64,000 nt of DNA from Burkholderiales bacterium (GCA_044373325.1 JBILQJ010000004.1:10115-74114); one strand, 5' to 3'. Positions 40,293 through 47,878 are shown, numbered from the stretch's first letter. Program-made: numbers and translations. Notes: generated by a model not told the origin, from the letters alone.

Positions 40293-40321
40293 ATTCTAAA
40301 TTTTATTTTATTGGCCGTCAA
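40293..40321 (-). promoter_or_regulatory. predicted tracrRNA promoter: TTGACG - 17 nt - TAGAAT
   Basis: The minus strand reads TTGACGgccaataaaataaaattTAGAATacaaact. The -35 is the complement of 40316-40321 and the -10 the complement of 40293-40298. Confidence 0.6.
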
Positions 40322-40405
40322 CTTATTTATTTTGGCTTGGGTTAAAATAGCGGCTGATTTAAATTTTTCTGCTGGTTTAAAATACCCCTAAAAAGAGGAG
40401 ATGAC

Positions 40406-43400
40406 ATGAAAAAATTGAAAAAGCCGATGATTTACCGTTTGGGTTTGGATTTGGGGGCGACTTCCATCGGTTGGGCGATAGTGCGCCTCAATCAACCAAA
40501 AGTGGCCGAAACGGCGCAGGCGCATGAAGCTGTAGCGCAGGGCAAATTGAAACCGAGTTCTATCGTAACGATGGGCGTGCGCTTGTTTCCTGATGGCCGC
40601 ACTGATAAAGACAAAACGTCTTTGGCGGTGGCGCGTCGTTTGGCTCGGGGCGCCAGACGGCGGCGCGATCGGGTAATTGCGCGTAAAAACAGGTTGCTGG
40701 ACGCTTTAATGGTGGCGGGTTTTATGCCCAGCATTGCCGAGACGGAGGCGCGGCGCGAGTTGGTGGACATGAATCCGTATGAGATTCGGGCGCGTGCTTT
40801 GAATGAAGCGGTACATCCGCATGAAATTGGCCGTGCGATTTTTCACATGGCGGTGCGCCGTGGGTTTAAGAGCAATCGCAAGTCGGACAAATCCAACACC
40901 GACACGGGCAATTTAAAGCAAGCCATTTTTAAAACTCGGCAGGCTATTGCTGATTTGGGGATGCGTACTTTGGGCGAATGGTTGGCCGCAAAATATGAGT
41001 TACATGCCAAGGGCGAATTTTTGCGCAATCGCGACATAAAAGCCGACAATGCCAAACCCAACGCCAAAAAAGAATATCGTTTGTATATCGACCGCCAAAT
41101 GATAGAAGATGAGTTTGATTTAATTTGGGCAACACAAGCAGGCTTTGCGCCTGCGGTTTATACGGCGGAATTGGGTCACAAACTGAAAGATGTGTTGTTG
41201 TTTCAGCGGCCATTAAAGTCGAAAAAAGGCGAGGTTGGGCGCTGTACCTTAGAACCAGAAGAACCGCGCGCGGCTTTGGCTTTGCCTTCGGTGCAACAAT
41301 TTCGCATTTACCAAGAGCTGAATCATTTGCGCATTAAAGGTTCGGCACGGATTAACGAGGCAGATCGGGCGTTGACTTTGGCCGAGCGTGATGCTTTGGC
41401 GGCCATGCTAGAAAAAACCGACAAGTTGAGCCTGACGGCTTTGAAAAAGGCCTTGGGTTTGTCTTCGGCGGCAGAATTGTCTATAGAGTCGAGCCGCAAA
41501 GAGTTGCGCGGCAATGCGACCAGCATTAAATTGGCGTCGCCTGCGTGTTTTGGCGCGGCTTGGCATGGCTTGGATTTGGCGGTGCAAGATGCTTTGGTGA
41601 ACGCGATGATAGAAGCGCAAGACGATGCGGCCTTATTGGCCGAATTGCGCGAAGGTTGGCCGCAGCTTATGCAAGGGTTAAGCGCCGAACAAGAACAAGC
41701 CGTTGTGGATGCGGTGTTGCCTGACGGGTATGGCAAATTGTCGAGCAAAGCCTTGGCGACGGTTTTGCCAGCCTTAAAATCAGACGTGATGACTTACGAC
41801 AAAGCGGTGTTGGCGGGCGGTTACGACCATCACAGCCAAGTCGGCGGCGTGTACGAAACGGGCGAGGTCAATATGCCTGAATTGCCGTATTACGGCCAAC
41901 CTTTGCGCCGTCACGTGTCGTTTGGTACGGGCAAAGTGGGCGATGCGGACGAAATTCGCTATGGCAAAATTGGCAATCCCACCGTGCATATCGGCTTGAA
42001 TCAATTGCGTAAAGTGGTGAATGCCATCATTAAAAAATACGGCAATCCGACCGAAATTGTGGTGGAAGTGGCGCGGGATTTGAAGTTGAGCCAAAAGAAA
42101 ATAGACGAACTCAACAAAGAAAACCGCGAAAACGAAAAGAAAAACGAGGCCTATCGTCAAGAAATTGTGGGCGCTGGCTTAACGCCCAGCTCGCATTATT
42201 TGCAAAAAGTGCGGTTGTGGCACGCGTTAAGCGCTACGCCAGCCAACCGCAAATGCGTGTTTACAGGCCGTGCGATGGCTTTGCACGACGTGTTGAGCAA
42301 TGCCACGGAAATTGAGCATTTGTTGCCGTATTCTAGAACGTTGGACGACACGCGCGCCAACAAGACCATTTGTTTTGTGGAGGCCAATCGCATTAAGGGC
42401 GACCGTTCGCCGTGGGAAGCCTTTGGCGAGCGCAAGGTGGCGGGTTATGACTGGGCGGACATTTTGGCGCGTGCGGCCAACTTTGCAAACAAACGCACGC
42501 GCGACCGTTTTGCCGAAGACGCGATGGCCAAGTTTAATGACGAAAACGAATTTTTGGCGCGCGCCTTAAACGACACGGCGTATTTGTCGAAAATGGCCAA
42601 AGAGTATTTGATGTGCGTGGTGCCTAAGCCTGAAAATGTGCGCGTGATCCCTGGGCAAATGACCGAAAAAATCCGCCGTGCCTTGGGCTTGAATCAAGTG
42701 TTGGTGGATTTGGGCGATGAAGCGCGGAAGTTGGCCGCAGCCCAAGGCGCGACTTTAGAAGAGGGCGAAGACGGCGAGGGCGCCAACCTTGCGGCCAACC
42801 TTGAATCGGATACAAACGCCGAACCAGCAGACGACAAGGCCGAAGCAGCCCCCGAAACCGAAGCAGAAAAAGCGCGCAAAGGCGAAGTGGCTGCCGAAAA
42901 AAATCGCAACGATCACCGTCATCACGCCATTGATGCTTTGGTGGTGGCCTTGACCGATCAAGGTTTGTTGGCCAGCTTTCAGCGCGAAAGTAAATACCAA
43001 CAGCATTACGCTCAAAAATCGGTGGTGGCGCGCAAAATGCGGCCGCCGTTTCCCGAGGTGGACAAACACGGCGTGATGTTAAACGATGCCGAATGCCGCC
43101 AAGCCTTCCGCGCGCGCGTCAAAGAAAAAGTCGCCCAAATCACGGTCAGCCACAAACGCGATCATGGGTATCAAGGGCAAATGATGGAAGAAACCTCTTG
43201 GTCGCCCAAAGACAAGCGCGGCAACGTGGCCATTGCGTTTAGCCCCAAAAAAGGCAATCGCTTTAAAACCCACGACAGGCAACGGCTGGACGAGAGCGGC
43301 CAACCTTTGGCGTTTAAAAAATACGTGGGCGGCAGCAATTACGCCATAGAAATCACCGCCACGCTGGACAAAAAAGGCCAACCCAAATGGGAAGGCACGG

Positions 43401-43828
43401 TTTTAAGCACGTATGACGCGTACAAAATCGTGCAAAAAGGCCGCGCCGCTGGCCTCAGCTTGGCCGAAGCCGAAAAAGGCTTGCGTCACCCCACCCTAGC
43501 GCAAAATGGCCAGCCCTTGGTCATGCGCCTTATGATTAACGATGTGGTGGCCATGAACACGGCCAGTGGGCGGTGTTTGTATCGGGTGGTGAAAATGGCA
43601 TCAACAGGAACGATTAGTTTTACGCCTTTGCATGAGGCCAATGTGAATGCTCGTGACATTGCCCGTAACAATTACAACAAAGACCTCAAAGCAGGCAAAG
43701 ACGTGAGTGGCCTAGACCCCAGTTTGCATATTGCCTATGTTTTTAAAACGGCCAGTTCTTTGCAAAAAGCAGGGGCGCGTGTGGTAAGTGTGTCGCCCAT
43801 AGGGGACGTGCAGTATTTGAAGGGATAA
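40406..43828 (+). CDS. cas9: Cas9, type II-C
   Basis: 1140 aa. RuvC-I YRLGLDLGATSIGWA (Asp codon 40448-40450); Arg-rich bridge helix ARRLARGARRRRDRVIARKNRL; RuvC-II EIVVEVARD; HNH EIEHLLPYSRTLDDTRANKTICFVEANRIKGDRSP (His codon 42317-42319); RuvC-III NDHRHHAIDALV. RBS AGAGGAG lies 5 nt upstream. No csn2 or cas4 is in the locus. Confidence 0.95.
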   Translation: MKKLKKPMIYRLGLDLGATSIGWAIVRLNQPKVAETAQAHEAVAQGKLKPSSIVTMGVRLFPDGRTDKDKTSLAVARRLARGARRRRDRVIARKNRLLDALMVAGFMPSIAETEARRELVDMNPYEIRARALNEAVHPHEIGRAIFHMAVRRGFKSNRKSDKSNTDTGNLKQAIFKTRQAIADLGMRTLGEWLAAKYELHAKGEFLRNRDIKADNAKPNAKKEYRLYIDRQMIEDEFDLIWATQAGFAPAVYTAELGHKLKDVLLFQRPLKSKKGEVGRCTLEPEEPRAALALPSVQQFRIYQELNHLRIKGSARINEADRALTLAERDALAAMLEKTDKLSLTALKKALGLSSAAELSIESSRKELRGNATSIKLASPACFGAAWHGLDLAVQDALVNAMIEAQDDAALLAELREGWPQLMQGLSAEQEQAVVDAVLPDGYGKLSSKALATVLPALKSDVMTYDKAVLAGGYDHHSQVGGVYETGEVNMPELPYYGQPLRRHVSFGTGKVGDADEIRYGKIGNPTVHIGLNQLRKVVNAIIKKYGNPTEIVVEVARDLKLSQKKIDELNKENRENEKKNEAYRQEIVGAGLTPSSHYLQKVRLWHALSATPANRKCVFTGRAMALHDVLSNATEIEHLLPYSRTLDDTRANKTICFVEANRIKGDRSPWEAFGERKVAGYDWADILARAANFANKRTRDRFAEDAMAKFNDENEFLARALNDTAYLSKMAKEYLMCVVPKPENVRVIPGQMTEKIRRALGLNQVLVDLGDEARKLAAAQGATLEEGEDGEGANLAANLESDTNAEPADDKAEAAPETEAEKARKGEVAAEKNRNDHRHHAIDALVVALTDQGLLASFQRESKYQQHYAQKSVVARKMRPPFPEVDKHGVMLNDAECRQAFRARVKEKVAQITVSHKRDHGYQGQMMEETSWSPKDKRGNVAIAFSPKKGNRFKTHDRQRLDESGQPLAFKKYVGGSNYAIEITATLDKKGQPKWEGTVLSTYDAYKIVQKGRAAGLSLAEAEKGLRHPTLAQNGQPLVMRLMINDVVAMNTASGRCLYRVVKMASTGTISFTPLHEANVNARDIARNNYNKDLKAGKDVSGLDPSLHIAYVFKTASSLQKAGARVVSVSPIGDVQYLKG

Positions 43829-43878
43829 ACGCGCCACCGCGAGGGGTTTTCCCTAGTTAACCCTGCCGCGCAGCGGCA

Positions 43879-43922
43879 AGCGCCGTCTCGCTACCCCTTG
43901 GGGTGGCGAGACGGCGCTTTTT
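43879..43922 (+). terminator. strong rho-independent terminator of cas9, abutting CRISPR repeat 1
   Basis: agcgccgtctcgctacccc-tt-ggggtggcgagacggcgct followed by tttt, then the first repeat starts at 43923. Confidence 0.85.
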
Positions 43923-44557
43923 GTTCCGATTGGCTCACATTTTCTAATTTGTTATAATTAGAGTTCTACCATAAGTATCACGTTGTTAGTTCCGATTGGC
44001 TCACATTTTCTAATTTGTTATAATTAAACGACGACAGGGAAGCTTGGACTCGTATGTTCCGATTGGCTCACATTTTCTAATTTGTTATAATCATGATTTT
44101 TAATCCCTTTTTTGAGTGTTTGTTCCGATTGGCTCACATTTTCTAATTTGTTATAATTAAGTGTTTTTCCCAAATGTCTACCATGGTGGTTCCGATTGGC
44201 TCACATTTTCTAATTTGTTATAATCAAGGGCGTTTGCCCTTGTCAATACTTATTGTTCCGATTGGCTCACATTTTCTAATTTGTTATAATCACAAAGAAT
44301 GAAGGGTTATTGTATACATAGTTCCGATTGGCTCACATTTTCTAATTTGTTATAATTACAACCTATTAAGGCTTGTTATCTAAAACCGTTCCGATTGGCT
44401 CACATTTTCTAATTTGTTATAATTTAATGGCCAATAGTCTAAACATTGCGTACAGTTCCGATTGGCTCACATTTTCTAATTTGTTATAATTTTAATCAAA
44501 GGAGGCTTAAATGTCTGATATGTTCCGATTGGCTCACATTTTCTAATTTGTTATAAT
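43923..44557 (+). CRISPR. CRISPR array: 10 identical 36-bp repeats and 9 spacers of 30-31 bp
   Basis: Repeat is GTTCCGATTGGCTCACATTTTCTAATTTGTTATAAT, starting at 43923, 43989, 44056, 44122, 44189, 44255, 44321, 44388, 44455 and 44522. All spacers are unique. Orientation is inferred from the tracrRNA anti-repeat and the TGTTATAAT box at each repeat end. Confidence 0.97.
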
Positions 44558-44562
44558 TAGAT

Positions 44563-44604
44563 AACCCTGAAATCCTTGTTTAACAATGGTTACAGGGTTT
44601 TTCT
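44563..44604 (+). terminator. possible terminator after the last repeat
   Basis: aaccctg ... cagggtt followed by tttttc. The loop is long (about 23 nt), so the call is weak. Confidence 0.35.
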
Positions 44605-44621
44605 TTGCCAAAAAACCAGTT

Positions 44622-44660
44622 AAAAACGGCCCAATTTTCTTAAAATTTGGCCGTTTTTTT
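44622..44660. terminator. bidirectional hairpin terminator between the array and cas2
   Basis: aaaaacggcccaattttcttaaaatttggccgttttttt: stem ACGGCC(C)AATTTT/AAAATTTGGCCGT flanked by an A-run and a T-run. Confidence 0.6.
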
Positions 44661-44836
44661 GCGCCAACTTGGCCTTTTTAACAGGCAAAATCGTCCCTGC
44701 AACCCAAAAAATTCGCATTTTTGGGCTGTGGCTGGTGGGTAAAACAGAAGAAAATTGGCCAAAATTGAGGGCGTTTGGGGCGGATATAGGCCAATTTGGC
44801 TTGTTTTACCTTTTTTTACTGTCGTGGCGCGGTGGC

Positions 44837-45232
44837 TTAAAACAGCATGAGCTGATCGGGCTTGGCGAGGCGTTGACGCTGGCCACCGCGAAACGAACGG
44901 ATTTGGCCGTATTGTTTGTCGGTAAAGCACAGCACATCGACTTTGCCGCCCTCGGGCAAGGCCAGCTGAATTTTGTTGAGCAGACTCAAATAATGCGCTT
45001 TGCTGCCGCAGACGCGCATATAAACCGACAACTGCGCCATTTCAAAGCCCTGATCGAGCAAAGACAAGCGAAAAGCCTGCGCGTTTTTGCGTTCGGTTTT
45101 GGTCAGCGTGGGCAAATCAAACATCACCAATAGCCACATGATTCGGTACCCCGATAATAAAGTGTTGAGCGGATTGGACGGTGCCATATCGGCTGCGGCC
45201 AACCTTTTGATGGGTTTTAGGCGTTTACTCAT
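44837..45232 (-). CDS. cas2: Cas2 (type II)
   Basis: 131 aa with LSGYRIMWLLVMFDLPTLTKTERK... (beta1 with the conserved Asp). AGGAG RBS, and the start is 20 nt after the cas1 stop. The N-terminus is about 15 aa longer than usual (alternative start 45187). Confidence 0.9.
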   Translation of the reverse strand: MSKRLKPIKRLAAADMAPSNPLNTLLSGYRIMWLLVMFDLPTLTKTERKNAQAFRLSLLDQGFEMAQLSVYMRVCGSKAHYLSLLNKIQLALPEGGKVDVLCFTDKQYGQIRSFRGGQRQRLAKPDQLMLF

Positions 45233-45252
45233 AACAGCGGCGCTCCTGTCGG

Positions 45253-46353
45253 TTACAACTCAAAATCGTCGTCTGACGGCTCGTCATCAAACGGCGTGCT
45301 GTCGGCCAAAGGGGGCGCATTGAACGCGCGATTGGCCGCGTAACCATTGGCGCGGTAAACGTTGGCCGCAAGGGGCAACAGCAGCTCGGTTTTTTCTTTG
45401 AGATAAACCTGCGCCAAACTGGAAGCCAAGCGCTGCATGGCCAAGGCCGCAGGACTTTTGCCATAAGGCATGACCACCGCGTGATCCAACACGTTGGCCA
45501 ACACGCGTTTGGCCGCTGGCGTTAAACAGGCTTGGGCTTGGGCGTGAGTCGTAAAATCTTGCCCCGAAGCGCGCGCCGTGTCGAGCAAAGACAGCGCCCG
45601 AAAATCCACCAAAGGCCGAAAGACTTCCATTAAATCGTCCACCAAGCGCATGGGATTGAGTTCGTGCCGATGAAATAAGCCCAAAGCAGGGTGCAAGCCC
45701 GCCGAACACACCGCCCGCGCCATGGCGCTGCGCAGTACCGTGTAGCCGTAATTTAAAAAAAGGTTGGCCGCAACATAAGGCGGATGCGCGTTGTATCCTT
45801 GGCGTTTAAAGCGGCCATCAGCCTTGCCGTCTTCCTCGCCCTGCACATCGCCCACGGAGGGAAACAACAGCCCCCAATACAAACGCGCCGCCGTGGCTTC
45901 CACATTGGTGACATCGCCCGATTGCACGCGCCCGACCAAAGCCAACACAGGCCGCACATCGCGACCCAAAGCGTCCAGTAAAGCCGCTTGCTGGCTGATT
46001 TTGGCTTTGACCAAGGCCGCCCACAGGCGCTTTTTTTGGGGTTGCGTCACCAATAACTGCGCCTCAAATCGCGCAGCCATGCTTTGATGTCCCGCCAAAG
46101 GCAACAGCTGGCTGATGGGCTGATGATGCCGATCGCACACCGTAAAAATGATGCCGTGTTCGGCAAACGCCACCAAGATGGTGTTGCTGTAAGTGATGCC
46201 GTAAGCGTGGGCAATCACGGCACTGATGTCGCTTAATGCCACGCGCCCCAATTCGTGCGTCACGCCTGCTTGCGTGCGCGTCAGCACCAAAAATCCTCGG
46301 TAACTTCTTAGATGAACGTGGTTTTCGCTGATGTCTATGATGCGATGCCTCAT
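45253..46353 (-). CDS. cas1: Cas1 (type II)
   Basis: 366 aa with NLFLNYGYTVLRSAMARAV and GLHPALGLFHRHELNPMRLVDDLMEVFRPLVD. It carries an extra Gly/Asp-rich insert and an acidic C-terminal tail (DDEPSDDDFEL). Confidence 0.9.
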   Translation of the reverse strand: MRHRIIDISENHVHLRSYRGFLVLTRTQAGVTHELGRVALSDISAVIAHAYGITYSNTILVAFAEHGIIFTVCDRHHQPISQLLPLAGHQSMAARFEAQLLVTQPQKKRLWAALVKAKISQQAALLDALGRDVRPVLALVGRVQSGDVTNVEATAARLYWGLLFPSVGDVQGEEDGKADGRFKRQGYNAHPPYVAANLFLNYGYTVLRSAMARAVCSAGLHPALGLFHRHELNPMRLVDDLMEVFRPLVDFRALSLLDTARASGQDFTTHAQAQACLTPAAKRVLANVLDHAVVMPYGKSPAALAMQRLASSLAQVYLKEKTELLLPLAANVYRANGYAANRAFNAPPLADSTPFDDEPSDDDFEL

Positions 46354-46392
46354 GCTTTTCTCCCGTGGTTAAGTGAGCCTACAAAAAAAAAC

Positions 46393-46440
46393 GTGCGGCC
46401 AACTTTTTATCATGAATTTTTGATAAAAAGTTGGCCGCAA
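46393..46440. repeat. inverted pair of a 12-mer variant (GTGCGGCCAACT ... AGTTGGCCGCAA) about 40 nt upstream of the cas1 start
   Basis: gtgcggccaact-ttttatcatgaatttttgataaaa-agttggccgcaa. Confidence 0.85.
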
Positions 46441-46818
46441 ACTTTGAAATTTAATGACTTAATCCATCACAAAAAGCGCCTTTGAACTCTGTAGACCAAA
46501 TCCCCTTTAGCGAGTCCGACTAACGTGGACGACGCGATAAACTCAATTTTGAATCTATCATTCAAAGCTTGGCGTGTTTGCTTTGGGTCGATTGATTGTT
46601 TGAGCGTCCGTCGGTCTCGCCCGACAGGCGACCTATTTTTTTGCGTCGCCAAAAAAACAGGACAAAAAGGCGAGCCCGCGCACGGGCGTGCAAAAATTCC
46701 GCGCCTGTTTTTAGAACACCCTTTAAAGGCACGTTCAGCGCTATTTTTTAGCACTGACTCAACCAAACACCTGCCAATAGTCATGGTGACTATGAAAAAC
46801 CTATTTGATTAAAAATCC

Positions 46819-46877
46819 TTGCGGCCAACCTTTTTCCAGTTTTCGTGTTGAAAATCAAGAAAAAAGGTTGGCCACAA
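46819..46877. repeat. inverted pair of the 12-mer, GTTTTCGTGTTGAAAA-loop subfamily
   Basis: ttgcggccaacc-tttttccagttttcgtgttgaaaatcaagaaaaaa-ggttggccacaa. Confidence 0.9.
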
Positions 46878-46943
46878 ACTTGGTCGCAAAAACAAGGCTA
46901 AAAATAACTGGAATAAATTAGAAGTTGCTAATATAATGACACC

Positions 46944-47258
46944 ATGAAAACGACAAACCCTACCCCATTAGACGTGATGCAGCGCAACGCCGACCAAGCC
47001 GAAGCCATGCTCAAATTACTGGCTAATGCCAAACGCTTGATGATTTTGTGCCATTTGGTACAAGGTGAAAAATCGGTCGGAGAACTGGCGGATTTGGTTG
47101 GTTTGTCGGCCTCTGCCTTGTCTCAACATTTATCAAAAATGCGCAGTCAAGGCTTGGTTGAAACCGAAAAACGCGGTCAAATGGTGTATTACAGCATACA
47201 AAATCCTGAAGTTCAGGCCATTTTGTCTACCCTGTATTTGATTTATTGCAAAACATAA
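46944..47258 (+). CDS. ArsR/SmtB-family transcriptional regulator (BigR-like)
   Basis: Winged HTH ELADLVGLSASALSQHLSKMRSQGLV; 104 aa. Confidence 0.8.
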   Translation: MKTTNPTPLDVMQRNADQAEAMLKLLANAKRLMILCHLVQGEKSVGELADLVGLSASALSQHLSKMRSQGLVETEKRGQMVYYSIQNPEVQAILSTLYLIYCKT

Positions 47259-47325
47259 ATGGATAAAATTTTTTAACTAATATTTTAGAGTTTTCTAAAA
47301 TATAACCCCCAAAAAGGAGCTTATC

Positions 47326-47877
47326 ATGGCCATCAAAACAGTCAATGCCGTTACGTTAAAAAAATGGATAGAAGCAGGCGAAGCCGTCGTGGTTGACGTG
47401 CGCGAACCTGCCGAACACGAAGCCAAAAAGATAGAAGGCGCAACGCTCGTGCCTTTGGGCAGCGTGAAACACGCGGCTTTGCCACAGGCGGCAGGCAAAA
47501 AATTGGTCGTGCATTGTGTGTCGGGCAAACGCAGCACCAGTGCGTGCGAAAAACTGCTGGCCGAATCGCCCGAATTGGAATTGTACAATTTAGAAGGTGG
47601 CATTTCTGCGTGGTGCGACGCTGGGCATGACACGCTGGTTTCGGGTAAATTCTTTTTGCCTTTAGATCGCCAAGTTCAATTGACCATAGGCTTGTGTGTG
47701 TTAATCGGCAGTTTGTTGACGTATTTTGTTCACCCTTTATTTGCTTTGATGACAGGATTTTTTGGGGCAGGGTTGACGTTTGCAGGCTTGAGCGGATTTT
47801 GTGGCTTGGCGGTGTTCATGGCCAAAATGCCGTGGAATCAAAGTGTCGGCAAAGTCACCACTTGTCGTGTGAAATAA
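47326..47877 (+). CDS. rhodanese-domain protein with C-terminal membrane (DUF2892/YgaP-like) domain
   Basis: Rhodanese active-site loop HCVSGKRS with two C-terminal hydrophobic helices. Confidence 0.75.
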   Translation: MAIKTVNAVTLKKWIEAGEAVVVDVREPAEHEAKKIEGATLVPLGSVKHAALPQAAGKKLVVHCVSGKRSTSACEKLLAESPELELYNLEGGISAWCDAGHDTLVSGKFFLPLDRQVQLTIGLCVLIGSLLTYFVHPLFALMTGFFGAGLTFAGLSGFCGLAVFMAKMPWNQSVGKVTTCRVK

Positions 47878-47878
47878 C

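Noticed and set aside
43879-43918. The cas9 terminator stem contains GCCGTCTCG, reminiscent of the Neisseria DUS GCCGTCTGAA.
   Set aside because: Only 7 of 10 positions match, it occurs once as an inverted pair, and there are no other copies in 64 kb. The enriched motif in this genome is a different sequence.
44491-44521. Possible self-targeting: spacer 9 shares ATGTCTGATAT with the argG start (53492-53502).
   Set aside because: The match is only 11 nt and the flanks diverge on both sides. It is a chance match to a common Met-Ser-Asp-Ile start, not a protospacer.
44669-45133. 154-aa plus-strand ORF and the 96-aa ORF at 44640-44930 between the array and cas2.
   Set aside because: Both are antisense to or out of frame with the well-supported cas2, and neither has recognisable motifs.
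46467-46784. 105-aa ORF next to cas1 as a candidate anti-CRISPR, Aca or fourth cas gene.
   Set aside because: There is no Shine-Dalgarno sequence. The composition is Arg/Cys-rich and the ORF overlaps an equally long ORF on the other strand. The region is better explained as structured non-coding DNA.
46441-46818. tmRNA, RNase P RNA, 6S RNA or SRP RNA in the cas1-proximal non-coding island.
   Set aside because: The diagnostic strings are absent on both strands: GGTTCGA-type T-arm plus CCA end, GAGGAAAGTCCGG, and the SRP GGAA/AGCA loop.
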